From contig JANNXQ010000278.1 of NCBI GenBank assembly GCA_031409655.1, forward strand, positions 1 through 13,272: a DNA stretch of 13,272 nucleotides, written 5' to 3'. Positions 8,075 to 13,272 of the stretch are shown here, piece after piece; position 1 is the first letter of the stretch; each line of letters opens with the position of its first letter. Both the position numbers and the translations under genes were made by a program. A model generated the notes under the pieces. That model did no database searches and was not told where the DNA came from. It worked only from the letters and a program-made list of their open reading frames with translations. Source of the DNA: Chthoniobacteraceae bacterium. GTDB taxonomy: Bacteria; Verrucomicrobiota; Verrucomicrobiia; Chthoniobacterales; Chthoniobacteraceae.

Positions 8075-9267
8075 AAACCGTCATCACACTCATCACCACA
8101 CTCGTCCTCACAGCCCAGCTTTACGCGAAGCCTCTTCAAGTCTTCATCCTCGCCGGGCAATCGAACATGCAGGGACACGCCAAGGTCACTACCTTCGAAC
8201 ACATCGGCATGGACCCGGCGACGAAGCCGATGCTCGCGGAAATGCTCGGTGCGGATGGAAAGCCGAAGGTTTGCGAGCGGGTGTGGATTTCGTCCATCGG
8301 CTGCGCGGCGGCGGAACAGACGGGAAAGCTGACGGCGGGCTTTGGCGCGACGACCGAGAAAATCGGGCCGGAGTTCACGTTCGGCCTCTATATGCAGAAG
8401 TTCACGGATGCGCCCATCCTGCTCATCAAGACCTCGTGGGGCGGCAAGAGTCTGAACACCGACTTCCGTCCGCCGAGCGCCGGGCCGTATGGGTTCAACG
8501 AGACGCAACTCGCCGCTTTCCAAAAGCAGGGCAAGGACGTGGCAGCGATGAAGGCGGAAAAGGCGGCGGCGACGGGCGTGAGCTACCGGCTGATGGTCGA
8601 GCATGTGAAATTGGTGCTCGCCGACCTCAAGCGCGTGGTGCCCGGCTACGACGCGGCGCAGGGCTACGAGTTGGCGGGCTTTGCGTGGTTCCAAGGCTGG
8701 AACGACCTGGTGGACGGCAGCACCTATCCGACGCGCGACAAGCCCGGTGGCTACGATGCCTACAGCACGGCGATGGCGCATTTCATCCGCGACGTGAGGC
8801 GGGATTTGAACGCGCCGAAGCTGCCCTTCGTCATCGGCGTGCTCGGCGTCGGCGGGCCGACGGCGGACTACGGCCCCGACCAGCAGCGTTACAAAGCGAC
8901 GCATCAAAATTTTCGCGACGCGATGGCGGCCTCGGCGCTGTTGCCGGAGTTCAAAGGCAACGTGGCGACGGTGCTGGCGGAAAAGTATTGGGACCGCGAG
9001 TTGACCGCCGCGAAGGCGAAGGAAAACGAAATCAAACAGCGCGCGAAGAAGCTCGCGACCGAAGGCAAATTGAAACCCGCCGAGGAAAAGGTGGCGCAGG
9101 AAAAGATGCGCACCGAGGGCCTGACCGAGCGCGAGCGGCTGGTGATGGAGAAGGGGATATCCAATCTCGAATTCCACTACCTCGGCTCGGCGAAAATCCT
9201 CGGCGGCGTCGGCAAGGGACTCGCGGAGGCGATGGCGGAACTCAAACAACTCAAAAGGGCCAAGTGA
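8071..9267 (+). CDS. Second secreted sialate O-acetylesterase-family (SASA/CE6-like SGNH) acetylesterase
   Basis: ATG 8071 overlaps the upstream TGA. Signal peptide MKTVITLITTLVLTAQLYA. Motifs VFILAGQSNM, IGPEFTFG, KTSWGGKSL, AGFAWFQGWND and FHYLGSAK. Confidence 0.88.
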   Translation: MKTVITLITTLVLTAQLYAKPLQVFILAGQSNMQGHAKVTTFEHIGMDPATKPMLAEMLGADGKPKVCERVWISSIGCAAAEQTGKLTAGFGATTEKIGPEFTFGLYMQKFTDAPILLIKTSWGGKSLNTDFRPPSAGPYGFNETQLAAFQKQGKDVAAMKAEKAAATGVSYRLMVEHVKLVLADLKRVVPGYDAAQGYELAGFAWFQGWNDLVDGSTYPTRDKPGGYDAYSTAMAHFIRDVRRDLNAPKLPFVIGVLGVGGPTADYGPDQQRYKATHQNFRDAMAASALLPEFKGNVATVLAEKYWDRELTAAKAKENEIKQRAKKLATEGKLKPAEEKVAQEKMRTEGLTERERLVMEKGISNLEFHYLGSAKILGGVGKGLAEAMAELKQLKRAK

Positions 9268-9469
9268 TTTCAGGGTGTTTTCGGTTGCCCTACCCCGTGT
9301 CCAAGAAAATCGGTGGAGGCACAGGGAAAATTGAATCCAAGGGCTTAGGCCCACAATCGGACCGCGTTCATTGGCGCCTGCGAAAGCGCACCAAAGTCTC
9401 CGCCTGACGACGCGGGCGGCGCGCGCACCAGACATTCGCCACCGGGGCAGACCGCGGCTACAAGCGGGC

Positions 9470-10060
9470 ATGGCCTTTCAAAAATTTATCCGCGACCACG
9501 ATGGCTGGCAGACGGCGGTGACCGAGGTGCAGTTTGCGAATCCGCATGTCGAAGTGCATCGCGTGACGGTCACGTCGCCAACGCGATCCACGCCGTTTCC
9601 GTGGACGGTGTGTCATCGCAAGGCCGGGGTGGTGATCGTGCCGCTGACGGCAGCGGGGGAGTTCGTGCTGGTGCGGGAGGAGCGGGTGCCGATCCGGGCG
9701 ACCATCTGGGCCTTTCCTGCCGGGCAGATCGATGACGGCGAGGAGCCGGATGCGATCCGCGCCACGGGACTGCGCGAACTGCGGGAGGAGGCGGGGCACC
9801 GGCTCGCGCCAGGCGGGGAGGTGATCTCGCTGGGGCACTTTTTCCCGAGCCCAGGCTTTACCGATGAGCACAGCCATCTGCTGCTCGTCCGGCCCGTGGA
9901 GCCGGACCCGGCGGGGGCGGAGCCGGATGCGAATGAGGGCATCCTCGGCTGCCAGACGGTTTCCGGCGAGGCCTTGCGGGGGATGATCGCGAGCGGGGAG
10001 ATCAGCGATGCGAACACCCTCACCGCCTTTGCCCGGCTCGTGGCGCGCGGGCTGGTGTGA
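9470..10060 (+). CDS. Nudix hydrolase, ADP-ribose pyrophosphatase-like
   Basis: Nudix box FPAGQIDDGE...RELREEAG (9722-9799), plus FFPSPGFTDE and GEISDANT, typical of the ADP-ribose pyrophosphatase subfamily. ATG 9470 is preferred over TTG 9371. Confidence 0.85.
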   Translation: MAFQKFIRDHDGWQTAVTEVQFANPHVEVHRVTVTSPTRSTPFPWTVCHRKAGVVIVPLTAAGEFVLVREERVPIRATIWAFPAGQIDDGEEPDAIRATGLRELREEAGHRLAPGGEVISLGHFFPSPGFTDEHSHLLLVRPVEPDPAGAEPDANEGILGCQTVSGEALRGMIASGEISDANTLTAFARLVARGLV

Positions 10061-10177
10061 TTTCGCTTTCTCTCTCGCGGGCTCTTCCGCTTAATCCCCG
10101 GCCCGCTCCCAGTCCCAGCCAGTGCCCAATGTGACACGCCGGCTAAGAGGATGACGCAGCGGACGCTTTTTATACCG

Positions 10178-11068
10178 ATGTCCTGGCTCAAAAAACTGTT
10201 TCAGATCCGCGAGAACGCCGACAAGGAGGCGGTTAAACCTTTCCTCGATCACATGGAGGATCTGCGCTGGACGATGATCAAGATCGTCGGGACGCTCTTC
10301 TCCGGGATGGTGCTGTCCTTCGCCTTCCGCAAGCGGCTCTTCGAAGTGATGCTCGATCCGCTCCGGGTCATCACGGACAAACCGCACGACGTCCTGCAAA
10401 TGACCGAGGTGGCCGCGTCGATCATGGTCTCGCTGACCCTGGCTTTCTATGCGGGCATCATCATCACCTTTCCCTTCCTCTTCTATTTCCTGCTCGAGTT
10501 TGTGCTCCCGGCGCTGACGCGGAAAGAGCAGCGCTTCGTGCTGCCGGGTATCGCCGTGGGTTTCGTCCTTTTCGCGGCCGGGGTCTATGTCTGCTACAGC
10601 TTCATCCTCCCGCCGACCCTGAAGTGGCTCTTCTTTGACGCGGCGAATCTAGGCGTGAAAGCGCAGTGGATGGTCCGCGATTACTTCAGCTTTGTGACGC
10701 GCCTCTGCATCGGCTTTGGCCTGCTCTGTGAGCTGCCCGTGGCTATGACTATCCTCGCGCTCATCGGCATCGTGCGTTTCGAGTGGCTGAAGCAGACCCG
10801 CGCTTACGCGATGATCATCATCCTCATGCTCGCCGCGTTCATTGCGCCGACGCCAGACCCGGTGACCTTTGCGATGATGGGCGTGCCGATCATCCTGCTC
10901 TACGAATGCTGCATCTGGCTCGTCTGGCTCATCGAACGCAAACGGAAGAAGCGTGAGGACGCGGAGCAGGCCGTGAAGGATCGGGAAGACGAAGCCTGGC
11001 GGAAGAAGCGCTACGAAGAGCAGCAGCGCGAGCAAAAGGAACACGACGACATGTACGGGGGCGACTGA
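10178..11068 (+). CDS. tatC: Twin-arginine translocase subunit TatC
   Basis: Motifs PFLDHMEDLRW, FVLPALTRKE, ELP, PTPDPVT and LLYE; six hydrophobic segments. Alternative in-frame ATG at 10151. Confidence 0.93.
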   Translation: MSWLKKLFQIRENADKEAVKPFLDHMEDLRWTMIKIVGTLFSGMVLSFAFRKRLFEVMLDPLRVITDKPHDVLQMTEVAASIMVSLTLAFYAGIIITFPFLFYFLLEFVLPALTRKEQRFVLPGIAVGFVLFAAGVYVCYSFILPPTLKWLFFDAANLGVKAQWMVRDYFSFVTRLCIGFGLLCELPVAMTILALIGIVRFEWLKQTRAYAMIIILMLAAFIAPTPDPVTFAMMGVPIILLYECCIWLVWLIERKRKKREDAEQAVKDREDEAWRKKRYEEQQREQKEHDDMYGGD

Positions 11069-11250
11069 TCCGGCGCTCATCCTTTTCATCCTCAGCCTCA
11101 TCCGCGATCAGAGGAAGAGCCTTCCCGTTAGGCTCCCGGCGCTTTCGGGCTGGAAAGTGGCAGCCTTTCTGCGTACCTTCAACTCTCGAAACGGCGCACT
11201 CCACGAGTCTCCCCCCGCGTTTGGGAAAAGGCCGTCCACAGATTCGACTC

Positions 11251-13218
11251 ATGAAAAACGCTTGGTGCCCTCGTCGCTCCTTCACGGAGTTTGGCGTCTT
11301 TTTCCTCCTGCTCTTGCTGTCGATCTCAGTGCGGGCGCTGGCCGTCTTAAATCTGGATCTGGTCACGATCGGCGATCCGGGTAATCCCCGCGATGACGGC
11401 CCGGCCACGGGTCTGTCGCACACCCAGGAGTATCTGGGGCGGGTGGACACCATCTACCGGATCGCCCGCACGGAGTTCACGGATGCACAGTATGTGGACT
11501 TTCTCAATGCCGTGGAGCCGACCGGCAATGACACCGCGCTCCAACTCTACAATCCGCAGATGTCGAGCGATGTGGATGGCGGAATTCTTTTCTCGGCGGG
11601 CGCTCCCGATGGGCAGCATTATTCGCTCAAGCCGGGACGCGGGCAGCGGCCCGTGAGCTTCATCAACTACCTCGATGCGATGCGGCTTTGTAACTGGCTG
11701 CACAACGGCCAGCCGACTGGCGGCGGAACGGAGGCCGGTGCCTACACCCTCAATGGTGATCTCACCAGCGGACTCCAGCCGACGAATATCGGCGCGCGCT
11801 TTTGGATTCCCACGGAAAAGGAATGGTACAAGGCCGCCTTTTACGACCCGACCCGCCCCACCCTGGCGGGGTCGCCACGTTTTGATGCGGCTCGGGGATC
11901 AGGACCTTATTGGTGGTTCGGCACGCGTTCGGATTTCCGTCCGACGGATAGCACCCCGAGCTCCTCTTTGCCCAATGCCGCTAACTGGCACGGCGCCTCC
12001 GGGAGCATGACCGACGTGGGCAGCTATCCGCAATCTGCCAGCTACTACGGAACGCTGGATCAGAATGGCAACGTCTTTGAAATGACGACGGCGATCGTGA
12101 ACGGCAACCAGCGCATCCTGCGTGGCGACTACTGGGCGAGCGACTTCGGGATCTTCATGGAGTCAGGTCATTCGAGTTTCGTTTCAGCGACGACGGAACT
12201 GCCGAACATTGGCTTCCGCGTCGCCGCCGCCCCGGCGGATGCGCCGGAGCCGCCCGCGAATCCCATCGCCGGTAGCAGTCGCCTGCGGATCGTCGCGATC
12301 GGCGACGACATCACCCAAGGCGATGGCAACCGCAAGAGCTACCGCTATCCCCTCTGGCAAAAACTGCTCGATGCCGGGGCCAACTTCGATTTCGTCGGCT
12401 CGCTGAATTACAACCAATATTCGAACCCCGTCTTTCCCCCGTATCGCGGCCAACTCTTCGATCCCGATCACGAAGGGCACGCCTCCACGCGGGCGTCCGA
12501 TATCCGGTTTTGGATGTCTTACTGGCTGAATACGAACGACGGAACCAATCGCCCTTACACGCCCGATGTCGCCCTCATTCACATCGGGACTAATGATTGT
12601 ATCCTATCCGTCCCGACCGCCGATTCAGTGGCGGACATCAAGGCGATCATCGACCTTCTGCGTAACACCGTGCCGAACGGCAACCTGAAGGTGGTCGTTT
12701 TCCTGGCGAAACTCATCCCACTCTCGGACAGCGCCGCCAATGTGCGGATCAATGCGCTCAACGCGCAGATGGCGTCCATCGCCGCGGAAAAAAGCACCGC
12801 TGATTCGCCCGTCCGGGTGGTCGATCAAAACTCGGGCTTCAATAGCGCCCAGGACACGCTCGACGGGAAACATCCCACCACGGCGATTCCGACGACGGCG
12901 CAATCGGGCGAAAAGAAGATCGCGCAGAAATGGTTTGAGGCCCTGCAACTCGCCGCGGCCAAGCCAAACGTCGGACGCGATGCGAGTGGCCCGCTCACGC
13001 TGGCCTATCGGCGGGTAAAAGTGCGGACCGCGCTATCCTACGAAGTGCAGGTCTCCAGCGACCTCACGCAATGGCAGTCCGGCGCCGCTCACACGCAGGA
13101 GGTGAGTGTCGTGGACGATGAGCCAGCGACGGACACCGAGATCGTCACCGTGCGCGACCTGAATCCCGCAGGCTCGCCTTCGCGCTACATGCGGCTGCGG
13201 CTGAATTACGCTCAGTAG
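11251..13218 (+). CDS. Secreted FGE-sulfatase (SUMF1/C-type-lectin-fold) domain + SGNH/GDSL-fold domain + ~80-aa C-terminal domain
   Basis: ATG 11251 begins a signal peptide ending in ALA. FGE-fold motifs VTIGDPGN, YRIARTEFT, RPVSFI, PTEKEWYKAA, YYGTLDQNGNVFE and IGFRVA (~11344-12225). SGNH blocks IVAIGDDITQG, DFVGS, DHEGH, IHIGTND and DGKHP (~12280-12950). Confidence 0.82.
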   Translation: MKNAWCPRRSFTEFGVFFLLLLLSISVRALAVLNLDLVTIGDPGNPRDDGPATGLSHTQEYLGRVDTIYRIARTEFTDAQYVDFLNAVEPTGNDTALQLYNPQMSSDVDGGILFSAGAPDGQHYSLKPGRGQRPVSFINYLDAMRLCNWLHNGQPTGGGTEAGAYTLNGDLTSGLQPTNIGARFWIPTEKEWYKAAFYDPTRPTLAGSPRFDAARGSGPYWWFGTRSDFRPTDSTPSSSLPNAANWHGASGSMTDVGSYPQSASYYGTLDQNGNVFEMTTAIVNGNQRILRGDYWASDFGIFMESGHSSFVSATTELPNIGFRVAAAPADAPEPPANPIAGSSRLRIVAIGDDITQGDGNRKSYRYPLWQKLLDAGANFDFVGSLNYNQYSNPVFPPYRGQLFDPDHEGHASTRASDIRFWMSYWLNTNDGTNRPYTPDVALIHIGTNDCILSVPTADSVADIKAIIDLLRNTVPNGNLKVVVFLAKLIPLSDSAANVRINALNAQMASIAAEKSTADSPVRVVDQNSGFNSAQDTLDGKHPTTAIPTTAQSGEKKIAQKWFEALQLAAAKPNVGRDASGPLTLAYRRVKVRTALSYEVQVSSDLTQWQSGAAHTQEVSVVDDEPATDTEIVTVRDLNPAGSPSRYMRLRLNYAQ

Positions 13219-13272
13219 GGCCGCCGGGCTCATTCAGGGCGAAGCTGATTTTCTGCGCTGCGGTCTAAGAAG

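Noticed and set aside
9319..9433. Resemblance to a c-di-GMP-I riboswitch (GCACAGGG.AAA, GAAA loop, CAAAG)
   Set aside because: Spacing is wrong, and the GACGC and tetraloop-receptor elements are missing.
550..9471. Long minus-strand and alternate-frame ORFs (550-1341, 1724-3001, 3037-4167, 5138-6403, 8053-9471 and others)
   Set aside because: They overlap well-supported + strand genes and carry no recognisable motifs. Such shadow ORFs are expected in high-GC coding DNA.
11076..11135. CTCATC-like short repeats and a GAGCCT/AGGCTC hairpin after tatC
   Set aside because: Too short and irregular to call a repeat family, and there is no U-tract to support an intrinsic terminator.
12110..12225. 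FGE/CLec C-terminal segment as a diversity-generating retroelement variable region
   Set aside because: No template repeat or reverse transcriptase in the window, and several codons end in A/T/G rather than showing the AAY-derived pattern. A remote template cannot be excluded without a genome-wide search.
13234..13272. Possible 3' end of a convergent minus-strand gene (LLRPQRRKSASP-stop)
   Set aside because: Only 13 codons are visible at the window edge, so it cannot be supported.

Overview
GC-rich bacterial window, most consistent with Verrucomicrobiota or another PVC lineage (inferred from gene families and from A/C-rich leaders with no Shine-Dalgarno). All credible complete genes lie on the + strand. 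In order: (1) the 3' part of an alpha/beta-hydrolase esterase with PKD, Ig-like and C-terminal modules; (2) a short, decayed C39-like peptidase remnant; (3) a secreted SASA/CE6-like acetylesterase; (4) a chain of four genes joined by 4-nt overlaps: a BamB-like beta-propeller, TspO, a ~1100-aa LamG + heme c + DUF6797-like + propeller protein, and a second SASA esterase; (5) a structured intergenic region with an apparent codon-style shift; (6) a Nudix hydrolase and a stand-alone tatC; (7) a secreted FGE-sulfatase-fold + SGNH-fold protein whose catalytic Ser is replaced by Asp. The most interesting signals are the putative exported deacetylation/redox module, the ~80-aa C-terminal domain shared by two unrelated modular proteins (candidate sorting signal), and the pseudo-esterase next to tatC. 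No CRISPR array, intact RNA gene or mobile-element gene was recognised. All family calls come from motif recognition by eye, not database searches.
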